This document shows positions 30,404-38,460 of a DNA stretch of 64,000 nt, in pieces. The notes beneath the pieces are model-generated. The model was not told where the DNA came from. It saw only the letters and a program-made list of their open reading frames with translations, and did no database searches. Numbering within the stretch: position 1 is the stretch's first letter; the number at the start of each line of letters is the position of its first letter. The stretch is from Candidatus Woesearchaeota archaeon. GTDB lineage: Archaea > Nanobdellota > Nanobdellia > Woesearchaeales > WJIZ01. A program made the translations under genes and the position numbers. Location of the stretch: positions 863-64,862 of the forward strand of contig JAAOYF010000017.1 in the NCBI GenBank assembly GCA_018221205.1, read 5' to 3'.

Positions 30404-31329
30404 AGCTGACGATAGTTAAGGTGTTGATAAGCATCATTTTAATTGGAGTTGTTATGTATGTCATTGGATTGCAGGAGATTGCCCAAAGTGCGATGCAGAT
30501 AGGTGTCATTCCTTTGCTTATTGCTCTGGTGATAATCCTTCTGGTAATGGTGCTCTTTGCAGTAAGAATGTATGTATTGGTAAGGGCAGTCAAGAGGATT
30601 CCATTCAAGACAGTGTTCAGGGATGCTGTTGCAGCTCTTTGTTTAGGTACATTTTCTCCGGGAAAGATAGGTGAGCTCTCTTTTGTCTATTCTCTCACAA
30701 AAGAGAAAGTGCCGGCTGGCTCTGCAAGCGCGATTTTCATCATTGATAGGGTAAATTCTCTTCTGACCATCGCATTCTTTGCTTTGCTAGGTGTTTTCGT
30801 CATAACTCCCCTGAAGCAGAATCTCTGGCTTATTGTCCTCATTATTGTGCTGCTGATCACAGGGGCATTTATGGTGACATCAAGAAAAGGGATTTCTATC
30901 ATAAAAAAATTGCTGATGAGGTCGATAAGGGAGAAATTTGTGGGCTATACGAAAGCAATGAAAAAAATGAAGGGTTTTGCCTACATCGAGAATCTTGCGC
31001 TGAATATACTGAACATCATCATACGGTCTATTGCGATATTCATTCTCCTGCTGTCGTTGAAAGAGCAGGTTCCATTCATCTTATTGGTGGCAGTGAATGG
31101 CATTATGACTCTTGCATCTTTGATACCCATCAGCCTGAGCGGCCTTGGTGTCCGTGAGGGCGGTGCTATCCTCTTGCTCCATTTAGCGGGCCTTGGTAAA
31201 GAGAATGTTGCTGTCGCGTATATATTCATATCTCTTGCCACCTATGTTTTCTCTGCAATCCTGCTCCTTTTTTTTGTCAAAACCAAAAAGTCTATTAAAC
31301 CCTCTCAGTTAATGAAAAAGAATGGTTAA
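30400..31329 (+). CDS. Flippase-like membrane protein (lysylphosphatidylglycerol-synthase TM-domain family)
   Basis: Eight TM helices. It sits immediately downstream of, and overlapping, a GT2 gene (ATGA). Confidence 0.5.
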   Translation: MKLTIVKVLISIILIGVVMYVIGLQEIAQSAMQIGVIPLLIALVIILLVMVLFAVRMYVLVRAVKRIPFKTVFRDAVAALCLGTFSPGKIGELSFVYSLTKEKVPAGSASAIFIIDRVNSLLTIAFFALLGVFVITPLKQNLWLIVLIIVLLITGAFMVTSRKGISIIKKLLMRSIREKFVGYTKAMKKMKGFAYIENLALNILNIIIRSIAIFILLLSLKEQVPFILLVAVNGIMTLASLIPISLSGLGVREGGAILLLHLAGLGKENVAVAYIFISLATYVFSAILLLFFVKTKKSIKPSQLMKKNG

Positions 31330-32389
31330 GATCGCTATTATTTTAGGGACACGGCCTGAGATCATAAAGATGTCTCCGGTCATCAGAGAATGCATCAGAA
31401 GAAAAACAGACTTTTTTATCTTGCATAGTGGCCAGCATTATTCCTATCGTATGGATGCGAAGTTCTTTGAGGATTTGGAATTGCCTTCTCCTAGATATAA
31501 TCTCAATGTAGGCTCTTCGAGCCATGCCGCCCAGACAAGCGACATTTTGGCAAAGACAGAAAGGATACTCCTTAAAGAAAAGCCCGATGTTGTCCTAGTG
31601 CAAGGAGATACCAATACTGTATTGGCTGGGGCGCTTGCTGCTGCCAAGCTGCATATTCCTGTCGGCCATATTGAAGCAGGTCTGAGAAGCGGAGATAAGA
31701 ACATGCCCGAAGAGATCAATAGGATCATGGCTGACCACTGTTCTGATTTCCTTTTCGCTCCGACAGTGGAGACAAAGAAAAACCTGAAGAAAGAAAACAT
31801 CACGTCAAAGATCATTGTGACAGGAAATACGATTGTCGATGCTGTCCAGCAATCCCTGAAGATCAGCAAAAAGAAATCAAAGATAATGGGCGCCTTAAGA
31901 TTGAAAAAGAATAGGTTCATGCTCCTCACCCTGCACCGGCAGGAGAACGTGGACAATAAGGCACGATTAAAGCAGATTCTTTCAGGAATCCAAAAGATCC
32001 ATGATCAATTCAATCTATTGATAATCTATCCAATTCATCCCCGGACAAAGAAGAGGATACAGCAGTTCAAGCTGAAAATGCCTAAAGGTGTGAAACAGAT
32101 CAGACCCATAGGCTTCCTTGACTTCCTTCAGTTGGAGAGCAATGCCGCTTTGCTCTTGACTGACAGCGGAGGAGTGCAGGAAGAGGGCTGTATCCTGAAA
32201 GTGCCTTGCGTCACGATACGCGACAGTACAGAACGCCCAGAGACCGTGCAAGTGAAAGCAAATACCATAGCAGGTCATAATCCCAAGAATATTCTGAAGA
32301 GTGCAGAAAAAATGTTTTCAGTGAAGAGGATATGGAAAAATCCATTCGGAAAAGGGGATGCAGGAAAAAGAATTCTTAATTCCTTTTGA
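31322..32389 (+). CDS. wecB: UDP-N-acetylglucosamine 2-epimerase (non-hydrolysing)
   Basis: MVKIAIILGTRPEIIKMSPVI...LHSGQHY...VQGDTNT...GHIEAGLRS. Confidence 0.85.
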   Translation: MVKIAIILGTRPEIIKMSPVIRECIRRKTDFFILHSGQHYSYRMDAKFFEDLELPSPRYNLNVGSSSHAAQTSDILAKTERILLKEKPDVVLVQGDTNTVLAGALAAAKLHIPVGHIEAGLRSGDKNMPEEINRIMADHCSDFLFAPTVETKKNLKKENITSKIIVTGNTIVDAVQQSLKISKKKSKIMGALRLKKNRFMLLTLHRQENVDNKARLKQILSGIQKIHDQFNLLIIYPIHPRTKKRIQQFKLKMPKGVKQIRPIGFLDFLQLESNAALLLTDSGGVQEEGCILKVPCVTIRDSTERPETVQVKANTIAGHNPKNILKSAEKMFSVKRIWKNPFGKGDAGKRILNSF

Positions 32390-33497
32390 ACTGTTCACAT
32401 ATCTTCACTATTTTCTCCGCATTGATAGGCCAGTCGCATTCCTTCAGAACAAATTTTCTTCCTCGACCCGTAATTTCTTTACGGAGTGTGGCAGATTCAA
32501 GCAATCTGATGATGCTTTTCCCTAAATCATCTGCATCTCCTGCGCTAAAGATTAATGCCCTCTTTGTATCGCCTACTTCTCGCATCATTCCATTCAGATC
32601 CGGTGCGATAAAGGGAAGCTCCATAGCCATGTATTCATATCCTTTCAGCGGAAGGCAGATATCGGTGGCAAGGCTCCGAAGGTGGGTGACCAATCCTACT
32701 TTTGCCTGTGCGAGTATGGGTGGAATATTATGATGGGGTGTCCATCCTTTGAACACAAAATGTTTTTCCAGGCGCAGTCTCTTGACAAGCTGCCGTAGGT
32801 TCTCGAAGTCCCTACCATCTCCTATGATGATAAATGTCATTGTCGGAAATTTCTTCAGGACTTGTTGAGCAGCGTAAGGAATGAGCAATGTTCCGTCATG
32901 CGGTTCAACACCTCCCATATACACAACCATTTCCTTCCTTTTTCCTTTCCGTGGCCCGAACAGTTTCAGATTGACGCCGTGGCGGACAATGGTGATATTG
33001 TGCACATTTCGCTTGCGGAGCTGCCGCTTCAGCTCAGAATACGCTGCGATGACTTTATCAGAATGCCTCGCGACATAACACTCAAGCAGCGGTCCATACT
33101 TTTCAACCAGCTTATATTTTGATAAGCCCATAGTAAAATCATCAATATCATACACTAAAGGCACTTTCTTTAGTTTAGAATAGATGAGTGAAGGGAATGC
33201 GCTGACAACATTATGTGCTAAGACAATGTCTGCTTTACGTTTTCTCAGTTCTTTGAAGATTCGCAGCCCTGTCTTTAGATAGACCCACTCCTTTTTCTTG
33301 ACAAATCGTGATACCTTGCCGATATTCACCAAAGTAGCTTTTGGAAACTCTTTCTCAACCCCTTTCAGTGAAAGAAATGGTGCAATGACCGTAACGTCAT
33401 GCTTCCTCTCCAATAATTTCTTGACAATCCAATAGACTCTCAGCCCTCCCCCTCCTCGTAAAGGCCAGAAGCTGTCATGTGATACAACAATGATGTT
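32376..33497 (-). CDS. GT4-family glycosyltransferase
   Basis: MNIIVVSHDSFWPLRGGGGLRV N-terminus and GT-B C-terminal domain. Confidence 0.75.
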   Translation of the reverse strand, partial: NIIVVSHDSFWPLRGGGGLRVYWIVKKLLERKHDVTVIAPFLSLKGVEKEFPKATLVNIGKVSRFVKKKEWVYLKTGLRIFKELRKRKADIVLAHNVVSAFPSLIYSKLKKVPLVYDIDDFTMGLSKYKLVEKYGPLLECYVARHSDKVIAAYSELKRQLRKRNVHNITIVRHGVNLKLFGPRKGKRKEMVVYMGGVEPHDGTLLIPYAAQQVLKKFPTMTFIIIGDGRDFENLRQLVKRLRLEKHFVFKGWTPHHNIPPILAQAKVGLVTHLRSLATDICLPLKGYEYMAMELPFIAPDLNGMMREVGDTKRALIFSAGDADDLGKSIIRLLESATLRKEITGRGRKFVLKECDWPINAEKIVKICEQFKRN

Positions 33498-33512
33498 CAT
33501 AATGATCAAAAA

Positions 33513-34445
33513 CTAAGTGAGATTTTTAAAATATTCTATTGTATGCTTGAGACCTTCCTCCAATTCAATCTTCGGTTCCCAATTAAGATGCTTTTTTGCA
33601 AGTGAGATATCTGGCTTGCGTTGGATAGGGTCAGCCGCATGTAATTCTTTATTGATAGGTTTTGATTTTGATCCGGTTAAATGGATGATCTTCTCTGCTA
33701 GTTCTAGAATAGTGAACTCATCTGGATTGCCTAGATTAACCGGCCCGATAGCCTTAACTTGATTCATCATAGCAACCATCCCATTGATAAGATCAGCAAC
33801 ATAACAAAAGCTTCTTGTCTGTTTGCCATCGCCATAAATGGTGATGTCTTTGTCTGCCAAAGCCTGAGAAATGAAATTTGAGACCACTCTTCCATCATTC
33901 CTCGCCATCCTCGGCCCATAAGTATTGAATATCCTGACAACCCTGATATCCAGTTTATGCTGACGGTGATAATCAAAGCAAAGCGTCTCCGCACATCTCT
34001 TCCCTTCATCATAGCATGCCCGTATGCCTATGGGATTGACATTGCCCCAATAACTCTCCTTTTGGGGATGCTCTTTCGGATCACCATAGACTTCCGATGT
34101 GCTTGCCTGCAGCATTCTTGCATTATGCTTCTTTGCCAGGCCGAGCATGTTGATTGTCCCTAGGACGTTCGCCTTGATGGTGCGGATGGCGTTGAATTGG
34201 TAATGGACTGGGGATGCCGGACAGGCAAGATTATAGATCTGGTCGATGTTCTCCTCAATAGCTAGGGGATCGATGATATCATGATTCATCATTGTGAAGT
34301 TTGGATTTTTCTTGAGGTGCTCTATATTCTTCTCATTTCCGGTGAAGAAATTATCGACGCAGATAACTTTATTCTCCTTGATAAGAACATCGCACAGATG
34401 GCTCCCTAAGAAACCAGCTCCCCCAGTGACAACGATCGTCTTCAT
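33513..34445 (-). CDS. uxs: UDP-glucuronate decarboxylase (UDP-xylose synthase)
   Basis: [19 protein letters not shown]...CVDNFFTG...[19 protein letters not shown]. Confidence 0.85.
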   Translation of the reverse strand: MKTIVVTGGAGFLGSHLCDVLIKENKVICVDNFFTGNEKNIEHLKKNPNFTMMNHDIIDPLAIEENIDQIYNLACPASPVHYQFNAIRTIKANVLGTINMLGLAKKHNARMLQASTSEVYGDPKEHPQKESYWGNVNPIGIRACYDEGKRCAETLCFDYHRQHKLDIRVVRIFNTYGPRMARNDGRVVSNFISQALADKDITIYGDGKQTRSFCYVADLINGMVAMMNQVKAIGPVNLGNPDEFTILELAEKIIHLTGSKSKPINKELHAADPIQRKPDISLAKKHLNWEPKIELEEGLKHTIEYFKNLT

Positions 34446-35164
34446 GAGAGGAACTCCTTCTCTGCAAGCTCTAATTGCTCGAGTGAACCGATATCAAACC
34501 ATTTTTTCTTGACTGGATAGCCGAAAACATCCTCTTTTGTATACAGCCACTCCAAGAAATCTCCTGCTTTGTCGCTTTTTTGGGTTGAATCGAGGAATTC
34601 GATGAGCTTTTGTATGGTTTGGGCAGGATAGAAGTAAACTCCTGTTGAAGAGAGGGTGGATCTTGGCTCTTGAGGCTTCTCTTCGAAATGGACAATCTTT
34701 CCGTTCTCGGCTATCGAGACTATTCCATAGAGTTTCGCTAGTTCCTTGTTCTGGACATCATAGAGCGCGACCACATTGTTCCTTTTTTCCTTGAAGTAAG
34801 AGTAGATCTCTTCCAGACCGAATTCAAAGAGATTATCTCCTGCGACAATAAGTAAATCCTCATTGAGGGAAAACTTGTCGATGACAAACCGGATATCTCC
34901 TAATGAACCGAGCCTGTCATCATTTGACATGGTGAGGTCATTCACGATAGTGATCGGCTTTGCTATGCTTTTCTTCCACTCCTCGAAATGGGAAAAGAAC
35001 TTATTGTTCGTAACAACATAGATATGATCGACTTCTTGAGGTATCTTCTCGATGATATAGTTGATGATCAGCTTTCCTTTGACATCAAGAAGAGGTTTTG
35101 GTTTGTCCTTAGTAAGAGGATATAGCCTGGTGGCATACCCTGCAGCAAGAATGATTGCTTTCAT
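34442..35164 (-). CDS. Sugar-1-phosphate nucleotidylyltransferase (short NTP_transferase)
   Basis: [26 protein letters not shown]. Confidence 0.7.
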   Translation of the reverse strand: MKAIILAAGYATRLYPLTKDKPKPLLDVKGKLIINYIIEKIPQEVDHIYVVTNNKFFSHFEEWKKSIAKPITIVNDLTMSNDDRLGSLGDIRFVIDKFSLNEDLLIVAGDNLFEFGLEEIYSYFKEKRNNVVALYDVQNKELAKLYGIVSIAENGKIVHFEEKPQEPRSTLSSTGVYFYPAQTIQKLIEFLDSTQKSDKAGDFLEWLYTKEDVFGYPVKKKWFDIGSLEQLELAEKEFLS

Positions 35165-36462
35165 CCTCTTCCTACCCCTACATAAGTGAAACCTTTCTTT
35201 CGCATCTCCCTCGGTTCATAGACATTCCTCCCATCTATCACTATGGGCTGTTTCATCAATGATTTTATCTTATCCTTATCCAGATCCCTGAACTCATTCC
35301 ATTCAGTGACGATGACCAATGCATCCACCTCCTCTAATGCTTCATAAGGTGTCTTTGTATACGTAATATCAGAGAGCATCTTCTTCGCCGTGTCCTCTGC
35401 TTCAGGATCAAAAGCGATGATCTCTGCCCCCTCTTTCTGCAGTTGCTCGATGATAACGATAGAAGGTGCTTCCCTCATATCATCTGTCTTCGGCTTGAAC
35501 GCCAATCCCCATATCGCGATCTTCCTCCCCTTCAGATCAGGAACTAACTTTTTTATCTTAGGCAGCAATGATTTTTTTTGTTCTGTATTCACTTTATCCA
35601 CTGCCCACAGTATCTGCCCTTCGACATTGTGGTCAAGCATAGTCTCCCTGAAGGCTGCGACATCTTTCGGAAAGCAGCTTCCCCCATATCCTACTCCTGC
35701 TTGAAGGAATCTCGTCCCTATACGTGTATCAAGTCCCATCCCCTTGGCAACTGCCTTGACATCAGCTCCGACCTTCTCGCACAATTGCGCGACTTCATTC
35801 ATGAAAGAGATCCTTGTTGCGAGCATTGCGTTGCTTGCGTACTTGATCATCTCAGCACTTTTGACATCAGTGAAAAGTATGGGTTTGTCTGTCCTCACAA
35901 CTCCCCTATATATCTCTTCCATTACTTTTTGTGCTTGTTCTAATTCTGTCCCCACAACAATCCTGTCTGGATTGGTGAAATCTCCTATTGCCTCTCCTTC
36001 GCGAAGAAATTCAGGGTTTGAGATGACATCAAAAGGGATCTCCCTCTTCTGGTGTTCACGGATGATGATGGCCACTCTCTCTGCAGTCCCTACCGGAACA
36101 GTGCTTTTGTCGATGACAACCTTATACTCATCCATATATGTACCTATGTCTTTAGCGACTGCATATATTGCTGTCAGATCTGCCTCGTGATTGGCTCCAG
36201 GAGGTGTTCCTACAGCTATGAAGATTGCCTTGGACTCATGTATAGCGTCCTTGATGGATGTGGTGAAGATTATCCTATCCTCTTTCTGATTGCGCTTGAG
36301 CATCTCTGCCAGGCCCGGCTCGTAGATAGGCACCTTGCCTTCATTCAGCATCTCCACTTTGGCCTTATCGATATCGGCACAGATGACATCATTGCCCAGA
36401 TCTGCTAAGCAGACCCCTGCTACCAGACCGACATATCCTGTTCCTATGACTGCGATTTTCAT
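35161..36462 (-). CDS. ugd: UDP-glucose 6-dehydrogenase
   Basis: MKIAVIGTGYVGLVAG...GGSCFPKD (catalytic Cys). Confidence 0.85.
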   Translation of the reverse strand: MKIAVIGTGYVGLVAGVCLADLGNDVICADIDKAKVEMLNEGKVPIYEPGLAEMLKRNQKEDRIIFTTSIKDAIHESKAIFIAVGTPPGANHEADLTAIYAVAKDIGTYMDEYKVVIDKSTVPVGTAERVAIIIREHQKREIPFDVISNPEFLREGEAIGDFTNPDRIVVGTELEQAQKVMEEIYRGVVRTDKPILFTDVKSAEMIKYASNAMLATRISFMNEVAQLCEKVGADVKAVAKGMGLDTRIGTRFLQAGVGYGGSCFPKDVAAFRETMLDHNVEGQILWAVDKVNTEQKKSLLPKIKKLVPDLKGRKIAIWGLAFKPKTDDMREAPSIVIIEQLQKEGAEIIAFDPEAEDTAKKMLSDITYTKTPYEALEEVDALVIVTEWNEFRDLDKDKIKSLMKQPIVIDGRNVYEPREMRKKGFTYVGVGRG

Positions 36463-36483
36463 ACAGCCGGATAGAGAAAGATG

Positions 36484-36522
36484 CTTTAAATATCTTACCA
36501 CTATCCTACCTTATCCGATATG
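36484..36522. promoter_or_regulatory. Divergent promoter with two TATA boxes (gctttaaatatc and tttatatac)
   Basis: Each box sits 24-38 nt upstream of its start codon (36462 minus, 36552 plus). Confidence 0.45.
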
Positions 36523-36551
36523 TTTATATACATATAATCTCTCCTATAAAC

Positions 36552-37349
36552 ATGAAAAGAAAGATCTCTGTGACGATCGATCAGGTCCTGCTCAAAGGAA
36601 TAGATTCCATTGTTGATAATATCTACATCAGAAACAGGAGCCAAGCCATCGAGCACTTGGTGAACCTTGCCTTAGGAGAGCATAAGACTGCTGTTATCCT
36701 TGCTGGTGGGCCCGAGGGGAAGATAAAGATAGACCGGAAGTTCAGGCCGACTGTGCAAGTCAATAAGAAAGCAGTCATAGAACGCGCTGTTGAGAGGTTA
36801 AGAGGGTCTGGCTTCAAGAATATCTATATCATCGCCCGACAGAATGTGCTTACGCAGATCTTCAATATCATAAAGGACGGCTCGATGTTCGGGGTAAACA
36901 TCAATTATGTTGAGGAGAAGAAGGCCACCGGGTCAGCAGATTCCTTGAGGCTCATAAAAGGTAAGGTAGACAATGATTTTCTGGTGGTCTATGGTGATAT
37001 ACTCTTCAAGAAGATTAATTTAGATGAGCTTTGGAACGATCATCTGAAGAATAATGCTATTGCCACGATGATGATGACCACTTCTTCAAGGCCCTCAGAG
37101 AAGGGTACCCTGCGTGTAGAGGGCAGTAAGGTGCTGACCTTCACCCAGAAACCGAAGGAATCTGACATCTATCTGGTATTCTCCCCCATATTTATCGCTA
37201 CGCCCGAACTTCTTGATTACCCAGGAACAAGCCTTGAGCGCAATATCTTCCCAGTATTGGCCTCGAAAGGCCTCTTGAATGGCCACCTAAGCTCAGAGAA
37301 AGAGCTCCATATACATACTACATCTGATGTGAGAAAACTGGAGAAGTAA
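36552..37349 (+). CDS. Ribbon-helix-helix (CopG-like) DNA-binding domain fused to a nucleotidyltransferase-like domain; putative regulator
   Basis: The N-terminal 45 aa (KISVTIDQVLLKGIDSIV...NRSQAIEHLVNLAL) are RHH-like. The rest is an NTP_transferase fold (AVILAGG..., GSADSL, VVYGDIL). Its G-loop lacks the canonical GxGTRL. Confidence 0.6.
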   Translation: MKRKISVTIDQVLLKGIDSIVDNIYIRNRSQAIEHLVNLALGEHKTAVILAGGPEGKIKIDRKFRPTVQVNKKAVIERAVERLRGSGFKNIYIIARQNVLTQIFNIIKDGSMFGVNINYVEEKKATGSADSLRLIKGKVDNDFLVVYGDILFKKINLDELWNDHLKNNAIATMMMTTSSRPSEKGTLRVEGSKVLTFTQKPKESDIYLVFSPIFIATPELLDYPGTSLERNIFPVLASKGLLNGHLSSEKELHIHTTSDVRKLEK

Positions 37350-37354
37350 AAAGG

Positions 37355-37470
37355 ATGGACAGCTTTCTTGGGTTCCCGTACGAAAGTACAGTACAACCAA
37401 AAACGGAAGCCGGTTTAACTGCCGAGTTCGAAATGGGATCGGGTGAACCCAGCCCCTATGGCCGTCCACT
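37355..37470 (-). rRNA. rrf: 5S ribosomal RNA
   Basis: The minus-strand read GGACGGCCAUAGGGGCUGGGUUCACCCGAUCCCAUUUCGAACUCGGCAGUUAAAC...GUUGUACUGUAC...GUACGGGAACCC...GCUGUCC has the universally conserved 5S loop sequences and a helix I that pairs 5' GGACGGC with 3' GCUGUCC. A T5 tract follows the 3' end and a TATA box lies 22-31 nt upstream. Ends are uncertain to ±3 nt. Confidence 0.8.
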
Positions 37471-37488
37471 CCTAAGAGATAGGAATCC

Positions 37489-37520
37489 CTTTATAAAGCT
37501 TACTAACAAACTATATAAAG
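37489..37520. promoter_or_regulatory. Palindromic TATA box ctttataaag (37489-37498, 5S promoter) and tatataaag (37512-37520, promoter of the downstream plus-strand gene)
   Basis: Both are positioned 22-31 nt from their transcript or ORF starts. Confidence 0.5.
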
Positions 37521-37541
37521 ACTCATGGGCATTTTGGGGAT

Positions 37542-38435
37542 ATGCGCGTCCATAAATTCGGCATTCTTTTAGCAAGATCATTATTGAGCATGTTCCTCTT
37601 TAGCCTTATTTTCATAAGCATCACTGACTTCAATAGTGATGCGGTCTTAGGTGGGTTATTCGGAGATATATTCGAATATGCTGATGCCCAGGCCCAGAAT
37701 CATGCAACAGGCCAGCTTGAGGAGATATGTGATGATTTCCTTATTGGTAATAAGAAAGACCTGCCTGAAGTGAGGAAAATCTGTGAAAATCAGGAGCTGA
37801 TAGATCAGATGGAGCAGAATTGCTTCACCTATTATGGACTCAGGGCAAAGAAAGAGACAGAAAGAAACCCTGATTTGGAAGAATCCTGCTTAGGGATCAT
37901 GGCAGGACAGTTCAGGGCCCAGTGCGAATCGATAACTTCTGTACAGGAGATCAATGTATCTTCGTTTGCATCCGTATGTGAGACGCATAGGAATAATCTT
38001 ATCAGCGACAGGGACTTTTTCCAGAATTTCATACTCGCCTCAGTGCCTTTCCAGAAATCGCTGCCGGTCAATCAGTTCATCATCCCCATTGCACTCATCG
38101 TACTCACCTTGATAGGCATTCTTTTGCTTCTCCATAAAGAAAGAAATTCTCAGCTGATGTTCACGCTTGGAAGGGTGATATTCAACGTGGGGATGATAGC
38201 GATGGCAGCCTTCCTCGTAGTCTTCATCTTTAATCAGGTCCGCCCTCCTGATACTACATTTATCCTCGAAGCGATCGGCGCCGAGCCGAGCCAGGATTTT
38301 GTGAAAAGGGCCCTACCGCTACTATTCCCTCTGGTCATCGCAAGGATTTTTACCATGAATTTCCTCATCATCGGAGGCATTCTGGCATTTGTGGGCCTGA
38401 TGATCAAGATAAAGTTCAAAAAGGGAAAAATATAA
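37542..38435 (+). CDS. Membrane protein with an N-terminal signal/anchor, a six-Cys extracellular domain and three C-terminal TM helices; function unknown
   Basis: Hydropathy pattern and Cys spacing only. No recognised family. Confidence 0.45.
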   Translation: MRVHKFGILLARSLLSMFLFSLIFISITDFNSDAVLGGLFGDIFEYADAQAQNHATGQLEEICDDFLIGNKKDLPEVRKICENQELIDQMEQNCFTYYGLRAKKETERNPDLEESCLGIMAGQFRAQCESITSVQEINVSSFASVCETHRNNLISDRDFFQNFILASVPFQKSLPVNQFIIPIALIVLTLIGILLLLHKERNSQLMFTLGRVIFNVGMIAMAAFLVVFIFNQVRPPDTTFILEAIGAEPSQDFVKRALPLLFPLVIARIFTMNFLIIGGILAFVGLMIKIKFKKGKI

Positions 38436-38460
38436 CTAGGTTCAGATATTCTTCATAAGA

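Noticed and set aside
35390-36616. A chain of plus-strand ORFs (104-148 aa) across ugd
   Set aside because: They lie antisense to the clearly conserved UDP-glucose 6-dehydrogenase.
37355-37555. 66-aa ORF MDSFLGFPYESTVQPKTEAG...
   Set aside because: It coincides with the 5S rRNA gene and its promoter. It is explained by the RNA gene.
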